The position numbers and the translations under genes are program-made. A stretch of 63,812 nucleotides of DNA, the filler included, from Dugesia japonica (lineage: Eukaryota), in the NCBI GenBank assembly GCA_001938525.1. It is 6 parts of 6 records of this genome, joined end to end, with 100 filler letters (N's around TTAATTAATTAA, not from the genome) between each part and the next. Parts side by side here need not be neighbours in the genome. Positions count along the whole stretch, not along the records: positions 9,532 to 19,735 come from MQRL01602536.1; positions 19,836 to 32,902 come from MQRL01588076.1; 4 more parts are not named here. One strand, given 5' to 3'. This document shows, piece after piece, positions 13,640 through 27,045 of the stretch (the first letter of the stretch is position 1; each line of letters begins with the position of its first letter). The notes under the pieces are model-generated. The model saw only the letters and a list, made by a program, of their open reading frames with translations, ran no database searches and was not told where the DNA came from.

Positions 13640-14100
13640 CGCCGAAATTCATGGCAAGCACTAACAACTACCATACTTCTATTATTTTTAATGATGGGTA
13701 GAAGTGAAACCATATTAACTTATGACTGCAATGGGATGCAAGTTGGGAAGGAGGTTTTTTCATTAATAGATACCAAAGAATTTCTAGAGACGAATCCAAA
13801 GAAAATTTCACTCCGAAATAATTCCGTTTACCACCTATATCAGGAATCAGATTATTATAAGACTCAAATTCCCGAATATATAGTGACGGTAAAAAAATTT
13901 ATATTTCATTGTGGGTATCATAGTTACACCTCTATAATCGATCCGGGAAAAAACATCCTGTGCATCTAACGGGACCACATAAATCACAGGATTACCAGTG
14001 GCAAGCAACGCCCACTGTACTAATGTCCTCAGAACAGGACGAGACAATACGATTGATCAAAGGAAATTCCATGTCGAAATGTGGAAAAATTATGTAACAT
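13640..14100 (+). pseudogene. Chuvirus-like envelope glycoprotein N-terminal fragment
   Basis: Signal-like WQALTTTILLLFLMMGRS then ILTYDC...FSLID...LYQESDY...V...FHCGYHSYTSII...HCTNVLRTG. This resembles the chuviral G N-terminal pattern YDC..SL.D..Q..CGxHSxxS; truncated at a microsatellite. Confidence 0.7.
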
Positions 14101-15689
14101 TTATAACAGTTATAACTGTTATAACAATTATAACAGTTTATCAACTTTTCGAACAGTTTTTATTTTCCATATTTGCGTAGCTTCATTATTGAATGTCTTC
14201 ATTTCTTGTATTTCAATTGTTATCATCCATTTATCTTCATTTACATATCCTTCATCATATGTGTTTTTCAAGACGTCCTTAGAATTAATATAAGCATAGT
14301 CTTTTATTGACATTGATTTGCTTAATAATGAATTTATTAGCTATTTATCCGACGAACTAATCTTCTGTATAACCATACCAAATGGATTTCTTTTTAAATG
14401 AACAGGCTCCAAAATAAAAAAGTATTAATAGTAAATAATAAATAATATTTCTTTAAATGTATACAGTATATGTGTCTTCAGGAATTTCATTTTACGCTGA
14501 TAAAAATCCACAGTTTTTCCACATTCAATATTAATATTCAATACATTATCAATTATAAATAATTGTTTTTATCCCATTTAAAAATAATGATATATTTTTA
14601 AAAGTTCTCGATTATATACATACTTGTACTGATTAAAATAATTTCATTGGTTAATTTTGAAGAGTGTGTATATGTAAATTACATAGCAGTTGGTTAGTTT
14701 TTCTAATACCCATGTATCTATACGATTTTTATTTGCTGTAATTTTTATAAATTGGAGAAATTTATAAATTAAATAATTTTTTAAATGAACGATATTGAAA
14801 AAATTATAGAAAAAATGGCTGAATTAAAAATATCCGAAACAAATCAATCCGCTGATATTATTTTTGATAAAATTTAATTATTTTATTTCTGATTTATTTA
14901 ATTAATTTATATATTTAGAATCAATAATCAGCGTTACTGGTGAAATTGCAGAAAAACTAGCTCAGTAGAAAATCTTCTATTCAAAAAATAAAATTGAAAC
15001 AGATAATATGTCTGAGAGAAATAAACTTTTATTGGAAAGATGTAACATTATATATAATTCATTTTAATAATGTATATATACATTTTAGAGCCAATAATTG
15101 ATCTATTAGATTTATTTTTCCGAAAGTGTAAAAACGAATCAATTTATTGGTATAAAATGAAGAATTATACCATCATCGATATTGATGAAACTATGTGAAT
15201 TTACAATAAATATCAAAAAGAAAAATACAAAATGGTCAAAATGGATTGAAAAGAAAGTTTTTTAATTCGTTTATTCCTGCTATCAATAAATGTTGTTAAA
15301 TGTACTAAATGTATTAATTTAATGTAATAAATGTTTCTTTATCAAAGTTTTATTAATTATTGCATTATTTTTTACATTATTATTTTCTATGATGTGAAAA
15401 TTTATATAATTTGTTAAAATACAATTGAAATGCGATTGTTAAGCAGTTTAAATAAAGAAACATAGATAAGAATACTGGAGAATATGTTGAGTGTCATTGT
15501 TAAAAAGTAAAAAAAAATTTACAAAAATTTTCAAAAATAAATAAATAAATAAGACATTCCAAAAAAACCTTTTTAAAATACTTGTAAAACGTTCTCAAAA
15601 AAATAAGTGTTCTAATAAACAAAAAATTAAAAAAAATTCAAAATTAAATTTTAAAAGTTATGTGTTTCCGTGAGGGTGATACTATTTTT

Positions 15690-16812
15690 TAGTTATGCGT
15701 TATAAGTAGGAAAGAATATGAAAAATCATAATCAATGTGGGAAATATTTTGTTGTAAAAATTTGTTGGATTATATGATGTTGTATTTGAACCTGGATGTG
15801 TATTTTTTAACCGATTTTTTCCAGCAATTCCGTACAAAGTCTTTAGCGCACAACAATTTGGAACCGTTGAATTCTTCCGGTATACCAGGAATGTCATGGC
15901 ATCTATGTTAATGTCATTAGAAAACCCATTGAATTGCTGCAAGATAGCGATATGTCTACCTTTTTCGAAGGAAGTATAAAAGGAGAGTTAATATTTGTAA
16001 ATAAGTATCATGCTGCAACTACAGAAAATGTTGGCTTGTTGTATATAAATAATAATAATTTATATGGTTGAGCAATGAGTCAAAAGTTAAGTGGGTCTAT
16101 GATGTATTAGATAAAATTTGGAAGAGTCTAAGAATGCAGATCTAGACTCATACTATAGATGGTCATGATGATTCCGGCAGAAATATAGGATTATTTGAAT
16201 GATTTGATGCTTACAGCAGTACATACTAGTACTCCAGGTTCCAAAGTGAAGAAAATAATATTAATGCGTAGTGCACCGGAGAATGCTGCAAATGTATATA
16301 AGTTTAGGGGATAAAATAACAGAGGTTCATAGAGGTGTTAAATTCAACCACGCCCCAATTTTTCAGAAATATATCAATACCAACACAATTTTAAGATCAA
16401 AATGCGATATAAAATTGGATGAGAGATCAGGTACTTCATACTTCAAATTTTGATAAAAATTCCGCCAATTATAGTAATAGAATGAATTTAATTATATGGA
16501 AATTTAAAGGTAAGAATAAAGGAAAGTTATTTCAAGAATGACTATTTTTAGGCCAAAATGATATAGCCTGCTTGGAGATAAGAACAGCTTAAAAGCCAAA
16601 TGAATATCATGGAAAAACACATCTCATCAGTCTTACCGTGACTGTTATAATGTGAATAAATTGGTATCGTTGAAACAATTTAGAATTAACACATAAAATC
16701 AATAATTTTATATTATAAAATCAATTAAATTAGCACTTACAAACACAGACGATAAGCGTGGATGGGTTAGTAAAAATAAAAGTGTGTCATATGAACATTA
16801 TACCATTAAATA
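15690..16812 (+). mobile_element. Polinton/Maverick-type protein-primed DNA polymerase B relic
   Basis: Collinear motifs LLYINNNNLYG*AMSQKL, HRRMLQMYISLGDKITEVHRGVKF..IFQKYINTNTILR, GKFK..., KLALTNTDDKR; many stops, frameshifts and internal deletions. Confidence 0.85.
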
Positions 16813-17589
16813 GTTTTACACATCAATTCGATTCAGACTGACATAGAACGAGGCCTCATAAATAAATAATCTTTCTTTTTTATAATTAAGATTATCATAG
16901 GAAAAAGAAAAAAGATAAAAGCCAAACAAATTGTGAAAGTAAATTAAGTCTACTTTTTGGTCAAAAAATGCTACAAATTTTGATTAAATAACGTTAACTA
17001 AAATCCATGTTGTTATTTATCCTGTTTTTTTTTCATTTATCATGTGATTGTTATGAACATGCATTATACATGTAGTGAACATGACGTAAGAATGCATTAT
17101 ACTTGACATTAAACTGTTTTCATGCAAATAACACAATGCAACTATGTAAATAATACCAACCCTCTTCACACAAAAACTATTTATACTCATAAACCATATA
17201 CATTCATGAAACACTATTTACTTAAAAATAATTTATAGGCTTATAAGATAGTTATAAAGTAATTTTAAGTTATATATATATGGAGAAGTTCCACACTTTT
17301 ATGATTTTTCTTAAAGAAAAGTTCCACTTTGAATATTTTATCATGTTAATATCCTTGGAATCTCTTCTTTAATTCTTTTTACAATAGATACATTTTATAA
17401 TAGAAATATCTCAATGTCTTCCTCTTTGAATATTTTATGATGTTAATTCAAAATTTTAACCTGCCCGGAACATAAACAAAAATATCAAGACTGTCCAATC
17501 TCTTGCAAAAATATCAGGACTGCCCAAAAAAAACATTCACGAAACATCATTTTTATTAAAAAACATAAATTTTTAAAAAATCATTACGC

Positions 17590-18010
17590 CATGCCTACCT
17601 ATAACGAAGTCACGTGATTAGGGGGTCTTACATTTGTGACGATGCGTGGCGAGGGAGGAGGGGGATCTAAGATATGTGACTTAACATCAAAATAAATAAA
17701 ATTATTGAATTTTACCTATTTTAATATATTCCTGTAACTGAGTAACATAGTGCACTGTTGATCATCAGGGAAGAATATTTGAAGCTAGACACAGCTCTGG
17801 GCTGAACATTGCTATCTCTTTTAAAAAGGATGACAAATATTAATTTGGAACCCGTAAATTTTCATTTTTAGAAATAAATGTTTGGGGGAGGAGGTATAGA
17901 TTTTGTGACGTAATATTTAAAGGTTCTGACTTTTTGTGACTAAGTGTGACAATGGAAGGGGAGGGTGTAAAGAATCATCCAAAATTGTGTGACGTCATTT
18001 ATGGATGACA
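17590..18010. mobile_element. Non-autonomous DNA transposon/MITE
   Basis: Terminal GTGACGTCATTTATGGATGAC plus repeated subterminal GGGG-rich/TGTGAC motifs; left end degenerate. Confidence 0.45.
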
Positions 18011-18228
18011 ATTTACAGAAAAAAATCATTTAAATCTTGGAATTTGTATTAATTAATTTCCTTTCCAACAAAATATTTTTCCTCCCAAGAAGAAATTTCT
18101 TTAAAACCATTATATCACTTACAAAAATTAAACAATCAAATTATCTTACATAACGTAACTATCACCAATTCATGGGCACATTACCTCAAGAAATAGATTA
18201 ATGCACTCATATCATATCTACTCTTTGA

Positions 18229-19519
18229 TAAGGTTGTCACATATGAAAGGTCCAATTACGTAATAGACAATAAAATCAATAAAAGTCCAATAAAATCAAA
18301 TTTTATTTAAGAAATACAGTCACCATCGGATTCTACACCTTTTTGCAATCTAGAAACTACTTTAAAAATACCATTAGCAAAAGAATTTCTTTCTCCGGAG
18401 TCTAGGAATTCGGATATGGCCATTTTGACATCCTCCCGATCAGCAATGATTTTTTTAACCAAATAATTATCAAAATGCTTAAAAAAATGATAATCTGTTG
18501 GAGATAAATCGGAAAAATATGGTAGATGTGGCACAGTTTCAATTTTTAAGTCTGTCAACTTTGGCGACGTCTTCTTTGCCACATGTGGTGTGGCATTATC
18601 ATGCAAGAGGATGATTACTTTCCCATTGACCAATGAAATCTTTTTAATTCATAGTTTTTTGTGCATTAATTTAATTTTAGAACAGTATTTGTCTGAGTTA
18701 ATAGTTTAACCTTCTTTTAACAAAGACAAATATATTACTCCAGCTATAGACCACCAAATTGTCAGCATTATCATTTTTGGGTGTAAATCCGATGTAGGAC
18801 AGTGTAAAGGAGGCTGATCGGCATCTTATCATTGTGCAGAACGTCTACAATTGTGATGAGTAAACCACTTTTCATCACAAGTGACAATGCGATGTAAAAA
18901 AGATTCTGATTTATTTCGATCCAGCAGCATTTGGCAAATTTTCATTCTTTGCGATTTTTTGGAATTATTTAATAAATGATGAACCCATTAGTTCATCTTT
19001 TGTTTCTTTCCTATGCCTTTCAAATGACGGGAAATTGTTTGACGACTAACGTCTAACGTTTTACTAAGTTTTCGTACTGATTTACTAGTGCTTAGTTCCA
19101 CTTCACGTTTTACATCGTCGTTGCTAATGACAACCCCGGGGTGCCCCCTCTCCACATTGACCCGGGTTAAATCACCCTTTTGAAATTTGTCGAACCATCT
19201 TCAAAGAGTTCTTTCATTAGCTGAACCCTCTCCAAATGCAAAATTAATGCAAAATTAATGCAGCTTCTGTTGGGTTATGCTTTAATTTTCATTCATATAA
19301 AAATAATGTTTGCATTTACGTATTTCTTAGCTTGTGTTCCATGCTGTCTAAAAGTAATTTAAATGAATATATTTTTAAAACAAATAATATATAATGATAA
19401 TCAAAAATTCCACCTTCAAAATGATATATAAATAAGTTCTAATTGTTAAATATTACATAAAAATATATTAGTTTAAAAAACGAGTTCCTAAATCGGATAT
19501 TTCATTTGTGACAACCTAA
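18229..19519 (-). mobile_element. Near full-length mariner (cecropia-like), transposase pseudogene
   Basis: TIRs AGGTTGTCACATATGAAA / TTTCATTTGTGACAACCTAA followed by TA; ~1.29 kb; IVTCDEKW, LHDNATPH, YFSDLSPTDYHFF. Confidence 0.9.
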
Positions 19520-19835
19520 TATCTTCCATATTTTGTGTTCTGGTCTACATTTGTGGAGAGTTGTACAAAAGAGTTGCATCATATTTGCAAACAACCAATT
19601 GAAATGTATTGTGCCATTCATAATAATGATTCATCATTTCTAATTTATTATCACATATTTATATAAAATTAATATTTAATAATCTCTATCAAAATTTATT
19701 ATTTATTTTTATTCCAATTGAAAAATCACAACCAANNNNNNNNNNNNNNNNNNNNNNNNNNNNNNNNNNNNNNNNNNNNTTAATTAATTAANNNNNNNNN
19801 NNNNNNNNNNNNNNNNNNNNNNNNNNNNNNNNNNN

Positions 19836-20230
19836 AAAAGAAACCTGGTTAAATATTAACTACCCAATTATATATGAAACGATTTCACAGTGGACATATA
19901 TTACCTTGGCGTAGTAATACTACCATCAGGCAGAAAATTGGTATAATTAAAGGTGAAAGAATTTAAGCTGAGAGACTATCTTCAAATGAAGAAATGAAAT
20001 TGATTTCTCTCAAGTTGATAAAAAATAAATTCTTAAATAACGGCTATCCAAATAAAATTTTATCGAAATATTTATCTTTTAATACAATATATAATAAGAT
20101 CGAACCAAAAACAAACACAGTTATTAAATGACCTTTTATTGATGAGAAATATAGTCAAATAATACAAAATATAATAAAAATTCTAAACTCAAACACAATC
20201 CAAGATATATATTCAAAACGCAATATTTAA
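19836..20230 (+). mobile_element. Penelope-like element fragment (RT thumb), same family as the copy ending at 60556
   Basis: HSGHILPWRSNTTIRQKIGIIKGE...FLNNGYP; close DNA similarity to 60480-60556. Confidence 0.65.
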
Positions 20231-20299
20231 CTAACAGGAGATGTATACATGCTGGTATCCGTTGGTTTGCTAATTTTATTGGGAATTATTGGAAAAAAT

Positions 20300-21780
20300 A
20301 TGTTTGTGCATAATTTGTTAAGTGTTACTGGCTCTAGAGAACCTTTGAGTTTTGCTACGCCTAATGTACATTTTTGGATTAATGATGAATGGTACAAACA
20401 AATTGATGGAGTTGCTATGGGTTCACCTCTTTTTTTTACTTTAGCTTCTTTGTTTCTCTTGAATATTGTAGAAAATATCGATTTGTTCAGTGGAAATAAA
20501 TCATTAGTGTATAAACGCTATGTGGATGATAGATTTCTGGTAGAAATAGCATACACCCATTCCTAAACTATATGAATTCGTTGTATAGCAACATTCGATT
20601 CACTGCAGAAATGGAATGTGAAACTAAACTTTTTTCTTTGATTGATTCATTCTTTCTTAAAAGTGCTTATATATTAAATATTCTTATTATGTAATCAATT
20701 ATGCAATCGCTCCAATAAATAAAATTAATTAAAAATATTCAATAAAGATTCTAACAGTATAAAAAGAATGTAAATCTAAACTTTCTTTCTTTGACTTATT
20801 TATAGAAAGAAAATCCATACATTATAAATTAAAGTTTTATCACAAACCAACAAATACAGGCTTGTATACATTTCCTGTTAATTTTTTTGAATCTGGTTAC
20901 CAGTCTAACATGATTAAAGGACTGTTGTAAAGATCGTGAACTCTTTCATCTTTGAAGTCTTGTGCTAATATTCAAAGTTTAACGTGTTTACTCAATAAAA
21001 ATGGTTATTCTAAATAAATTATGGAGAAATTAATTCCTGAAATAATTGATAAGATCATTTATAAAAATAACAATGAAATTAAATATGTCAGTAATAATGG
21101 TAATACTAATTTAAATTGTGAAAGTGTTATCAAAAACCCAGATAATATAGATTAGCTTAGTTACATATTAACTATTCCGTATTTAGAAGTATTTAAACAA
21201 TGCAAGAGTGGGTTTTTTAAATATAGAAATAATTCTTTGAATTTTAAAGTTATTTCAGTCTTATAAAATCATAAATATGTTTCGTAATAAATCTAAAACA
21301 CAAATTAAATTTTGTTCTCATATTAATGTAATGCGTGTAATGCCACATACATTGGAGAGACTTCCCGTCATCTATGTACATGAATTCAGGAGCATCGTCG
21401 AGTTGGTAGTGGATGTAATATTGCTAAACATAATATTAATTGTAAATCAGTTATCAGTATAAATAATTTTAAAATTTTGTGCAGAAACTTTAAAGATTAC
21501 TGGAAGAGAGTTATGTGTGAAGCATTGATGAATTGATCCAAAATTTAATGTTCGAACAGGTCTTTCCAAATCTTTATTGAAATTTTTTAATTAATTTTAT
21601 TTATTGGAAAGATTGCATAATTGATTACATAAACAGAACTTTTTATATAAAGCATTTTTTAAAAAAAGGGATAAATATTGTTTTAAGAAATGATTTTTAA
21701 AAAAATAACTAAATTATTTTATCTACAAATGACATATATATATTCTGTCGAAACATGTAGCATGAAAATATACCTTGAAA
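20300..21780 (+). mobile_element. Penelope-like retroelement (RT + GIY-YIG endonuclease), decayed
   Basis: WYKQIDGVAMGSPL, YKRYVDD, YHKPTNTG, NGY, then CNACNATYIGETSRHLCT*IQEH. Confidence 0.85.
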
Positions 21781-22466
21781 TGCCGTTTCAGAGTTTTAAA
21801 ATTAATTGGGTAATTATTTCGCAAATAATAAATGAGAATAAAAATAGTAAGAAAATATGACGTTGATATATTATATTATTTGATTTACATTTGGATTAAA
21901 TAAAATAAATATCAAAATAATTATAATACAAAACATTTAACTTTTACGAAAATGGGTGAATTTGCAATTAAAAAACTTTGTTTAATCTATGATTTTCTAA
22001 TTAATTAGTTAATAAATTAATTATCTTTACTTTAAAAGAAAACCCATTGTAAAGAAACTTCTAATAAATAGATTTTCACAATCAGTAATTATAAATTATT
22101 ATTATTATTTACATTAAATTTGATTGGTTATGATAAAATATTGAGAAGAAATTCATGCATAATTTGTTATTTTTCAGTGATTTTAAAGCACCAAAATTAA
22201 AATATAAAAATATCTGAATATGTTTTGTTTTACTTTCATTATTTCATTAATTAAGCTTGCAATTTCCTTTGATTTCCATTTTTTATAATTGTCAATAACA
22301 AATATTATCAATTCTTTCATGATTGTTTATTATCGTTCGGATTTCTGAATATTTCAACTCTTGATTGTCAAGCATTTCACTATCAATAATTTAAAAAACG
22401 TAAAAGAAACCGATATTCCAGTTAGTTTCTTTTCTTTAAAAAGAGGGATTGCTTTACAATGTAATA

Positions 22467-23724
22467 TTAGGTAACCAAGAAAGTTCGTTTGGTTTTTAAA
22501 TCAAAATAATAAAGTCGACTAAGAATGCTAACAAATGAGGACAAATAAAGGTTTATTCATTAAAACAATCTCCTTAGTTTCTACAACACTACTCCAACAG
22601 TTTATAAATTCCCTTTGTTTATAAAATTTGAAATCTTTTGAAGCGAAAACCTACAAACATCCTATTCAACGTTTTGTAGATTTAAGAAGACATTTTGATT
22701 AATATGATTATTTAGGGCNNAAAAAAAGATGGACTTTATCTAGAAAAATATCTGGAAAATATGGCGGATGTAGCAAAATTTACCATTTTAATATTCAAAT
22801 AATTTCTTCGGTAAGTTTTTCAATGGGAGGCTTTGCATTATCATGGAGCAACAAATTTCTTTTTATTGATGAGACCCGGTTGATTTTACAGCAGCCTATC
22901 TTTAACACATTCCAGTTGCTTTATCTAAAAGTCAGCAGTTACTATCTGACCCTTTTCTAGAAATTCATAGTGTATACCACTTACATTTCAGCATACACAA
23001 AGCATGATCTACGAAGAATGAATTTGTATCTTTTGTGTATGATAGACGAAATCCTTTTCTGAAAACCGATGATGAATTATTTTGCTATTGTTTAAGTAAA
23101 TCCATTTTTCATCGGAGGCTAATAAGCATTTCAAAATGGTGATATTTGTTAACGTGATAGATGGGAATAACACTGCATTAATCTTTGCATCTTGGTTTTC
23201 TTTGTTAATGAATGTGGTACCCACTTGCTTAGCTTCCATTGTTTTCTTAATTCATGCAAATGAGTATAACATGTTTCTTTGCTTACATCAAGCGTTCCAA
23301 CTAACTCTTCACATATTAAATTTGAATTCTTTTCAACAATTTTTATTAAATCATCATCATTTATCTTTGATGGTCACCCGGAACATGGTGCATCGTCAAG
23401 TAACTCATTAACCTTAATGAAGTTTGCAAACCACTTTTAGGAAATTATCTTCAAAGGCTAGTCATATCCTACGACATGTCTCTACAACCTTGGACCCGAG
23501 CTTAAACTCGTATGGCAAACATAAAAGAAATAGCGGACATTTTGAATTTTACAAAAGTGGTTAATTTTTTATGGAAAATGATAAATTTAAATCAATTTTT
23601 TAAAATTGAAATATAAATTTTCAATATATCACCATATTAACAATTAAATATAGTCATACAATAACTTATGATTCGTTGTTCTATGTATATACAAAAAACC
23701 GAACGAACTTTCTTGGTTGCCTAA
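22467..23724 (-). mobile_element. Full-length decayed mariner
   Basis: TIRs TTAGGTAACCAAGAAAGTTCGTT / AACGAACTTTCTTGGTTGCCTAA, TA-flanked; LLASDEKWIY, LLHDNAKP. Confidence 0.9.
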
Positions 23725-23851
23725 TATAATGATTTAAATTATTATTTTTAACTGCAATTTTTGTTTTAGAGACAAATCGACACATATTTTTTATAATTTT
23801 TTTAATATTTTTTATTATTTTTAATAACTTTTACTAGTAATTATAATTAGC

Positions 23852-24196
23852 CATTTGGTATAATTTTTAATAATGAATTTTCTTGGTATAATTTTTTATA
23901 ATAAATTTTTTTGGTATAATTTTTAATACTGAATTTTTTTGGTATAATTTTTAATAAATTGTTTTGGTATAATTTTTAATACTGAATTTTTGAGGTATAA
24001 TTTTTAATAATGAATTTTTTGGTATCATTTTTAATAATGAAATTTTTTGGTATAATTTTTAATACTGAATGTTTTTGGTATAATTTTAATAATATTTTTT
24101 TGGTATAATTTTTTATACTGAATTTTTTTAGTATAATTTTTAATAATGAATTTTTTTGGTAAAATTTTTAATAATGAATTTTTTTGGTATAATTTT
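23852..24196. repeat. Tandem ~29-30 bp repeat (TTTGGTATAATTTTTAATAATGAATTT) within the MULE TIR
   Basis: Roughly a dozen degenerate copies; complementary copies at 27085-27185. Confidence 0.85.
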
Positions 24197-25107
24197 GAAG
24201 ACATATTTTCCCCTTGGAAATGATTTCCTCCAGTTAAAAAAAAGAAATAAAAATAATAATAATATTAATTAATAAATTATAATAAAATAATTACTAAGCA
24301 TAGAAATAAATTAATTTAGTGCTGATAATAATTTAGTGCTGCATTGTTATTTTGAAATTTTGTATTTTTTGAATTTTTTTTTGTATTTGAAATTTAGTGA
24401 TATTGATTAATTGGAGAAATTATTGAATTTTTTGCAGTAAGAATTAGTTGTATTTGAATTTAAAAAACATACCCTCTCATACCTAATTCACCAATATGCT
24501 GCTGGAGTAGGCTACCCTCATACCTCAAATTAACCATTACTATTATTACTATTACAATTCAACATGTAAAAATCATTGTCACGCTCAATTGAAAATATAC
24601 TTAAAAATCAACATTTGAAATAAAAAATGTAAATAATTTGAAGATTTGACACTACAAGAAAAATGTTTGTAACTATCTCTTGCAGATATTGATATTTCTG
24701 TCTTTTTACGACCTGTTTTTGCATTGGCTAGAGTAAACCTGTAGCAAGCATGTCTTTTTAAAGACTATCAAACAAATACCAGTAGAATACTGCAATGGAA
24801 TAAATAATTGAGCACATTATGGAAGCCTTCGCAACTGTTTGTCTTATGTGACCTTTCTGCTGCTGTCTCGTGATGATTACAAACTCTGATTGGAAACTAA
24901 GGATCTCTGCCTGCTGCAAATTCAATGTATGTTGAGAAAAAGTAGGTCAGTGCATTATTATAATAGTTTTCATCAGGAAATATAGTTACCAGCTGATCAA
25001 AAATGTTCCTAACATCATCGATTGGAACAAACGCTAAAGCTGCTAAGGACTTCAGCATCAATCTAATGTCGATGTTAGTTTCAAAATCACTTCTGAGACC
25101 AACACTT

Positions 25108-27045
25108 ACGGGTACCAGGTATCCGGTTTTGAACCGGACAGTCCGTTAATTAAACTGCTTGCCCAGTGGGAAAAAATAGAAGAACCGGACGTACATTTGT
25201 CTGTTATTCCTTCCGACGGTTAAAACATTTTTAAATTAAAATATTTTTACCTCAGTAGGCTATGGAAACGTCTAATTTATAAAAATTATAGTTTAATATG
25301 TAAAATATTAAAGTATTATTTAAAGTTTTCTACTGGTATGGTAAAGTGTTAAATTAAAAAATAAATTTTTAAGTATTTACAGTTTGAATTAATAAGTGAA
25401 AAATTAAATATTAAATTTGCAGTATTAAATATAACGTACAAAAACAAGAAAAATTCACCCAAAACACACATATTTCCTACCACACAGATAAGAAATCAAC
25501 CAATATGTCCTCATCAGCTATTTCCCCTTCATTAATTTTCTTATTGCTCTCTAAGTGATATTACAATACATATTGGCAAAGAAAATATAATTGGGTCAGC
25601 AAAGGTTATGTTGGAAATGAAAAATCAAATAGCAAAGCAAGAAGCAAACTTTGTAATATAACGTTTACTGTCATGTATGATGACATTAAAGGACTTGTTA
25701 GTTTTATTTGTTTTCTTCTACATTTAAATCAACTAAAATATGACTTTTGATTCAATACTTAATTTAAAATACAAATAATTCTTCTTTGAAATTCTTCTTG
25801 CTTTTTGAATGCTTCTTTCAACACTGGCCTTTCCAAATTTATGTTTTCAAAATAATAATAAATTTAAACAAATTATTTTAAAACATTTTATTAAATTATA
25901 TAAAATACAAATTTATTTAAAAATAAAACAATTCAAATTTATTACTAATTTTCTAAATTTTCAATTAAATTTAATATCTATATTATAGAAACTTCCAATT
26001 ATAAATTTGAATAAAACGTTTTACATTACGTATTTATATCTAAAATTCATTTAATAAATTTTAAAAATTTAGACTACTAATGTCTAAATTAATATTTAAA
26101 ATTTCATAATTTGCAATTTAACATTTAAAAACAATTAAAAAATTTACACTTTTTAAAAATACCTAACAGCCCTAACTCAACACGCAAACTCAAAAAACAC
26201 ATTGAAGCTGAAACTGCTGCAGCTTCATCTCAAGGATTAAAATATTTCTTTTCACCAAAAGATAGTTCCCAAAACGGTGTAGTTGCTATTGCTGAATTAT
26301 TGCATATATATCATGGTGTAAAGCACCATCTATCATACTTGGCTCAGGAATATGGAATCAAAATTATAAAACAGGCATTTTTTGATTCTGAAATCACTAA
26401 AATATTTTTAACTGGACGTACTTAATCTTTGGAAGCTGTACAAAATGTTTTGTACCCATTTTCAATTGAACTTGTGATAGAAGATTTGAAAAATAACGTA
26501 CCATTTTCTATTTCTACCAACGCTCGAATAAATTTAATCGTAAGTTATTTCCTGTAGCCATTCATTTTATTCTCTGCAGAATGGTTTGAGTTTTAAAATA
26601 TTAGATTTCTATGAAGAAGCTTTCGGAGATTCAAGATCGATTAAAAATTAAATGATTATCGATTAATTTGGAACAATATAACTGCATATGGAGTTGATAA
26701 TGCTAGTATGAATTACGAAGTAAACAATTCAGTTGTTCAAAGATTAGTGAATGAAGAAAATAAAACTATTATTGCAGCTCATTGCATTAATTATTTTATT
26801 CATAATTATGCTAAAAATGCTTTGAAATTATTATCCTTCGACATTGAAAACGTTATACTGAAAGTGTTTGCTAAGTTTTCTAATTCAGCCAAAAGATCAG
26901 AAAATTTGTAAGAATGTTATGATTTTTACGAATCAGAATTTCGTGAAGTAGTTCGACATTGTCTTACTAGATGGCTATCTTTATTTAAAGCAGTTGATCG
27001 CTTGTTACTAAGCTGGCAGCCACTCAAATATTTTTTTAGTGTTAT
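25108..27045 (+). mobile_element. hAT transposon fragment nested inside the MULE
   Basis: 5' end GGGTACCAGGTATCCGGTTTTGAACCGGACAGTCCG; YHGVKHHLSY, FSIST, GVDNASMN, AHCINYFIHN, RHCLTRWLSLFKAVDRLL. Confidence 0.8.

Larger units (their letters stand above)
10180..14100 (+). mobile_element. Decayed viral/retroelement-like polyprotein segment (endogenous viral element or accessory/env region of a large LTR element)
   Basis: Intronless, higher-GC, A-rich block with a chain of plus-strand ORF fragments (10983, 11369, 12175, 12565, 13095, 13511, 13998) broken by stops and frameshifts; ends in a glycoprotein-like domain. Confidence 0.7.
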
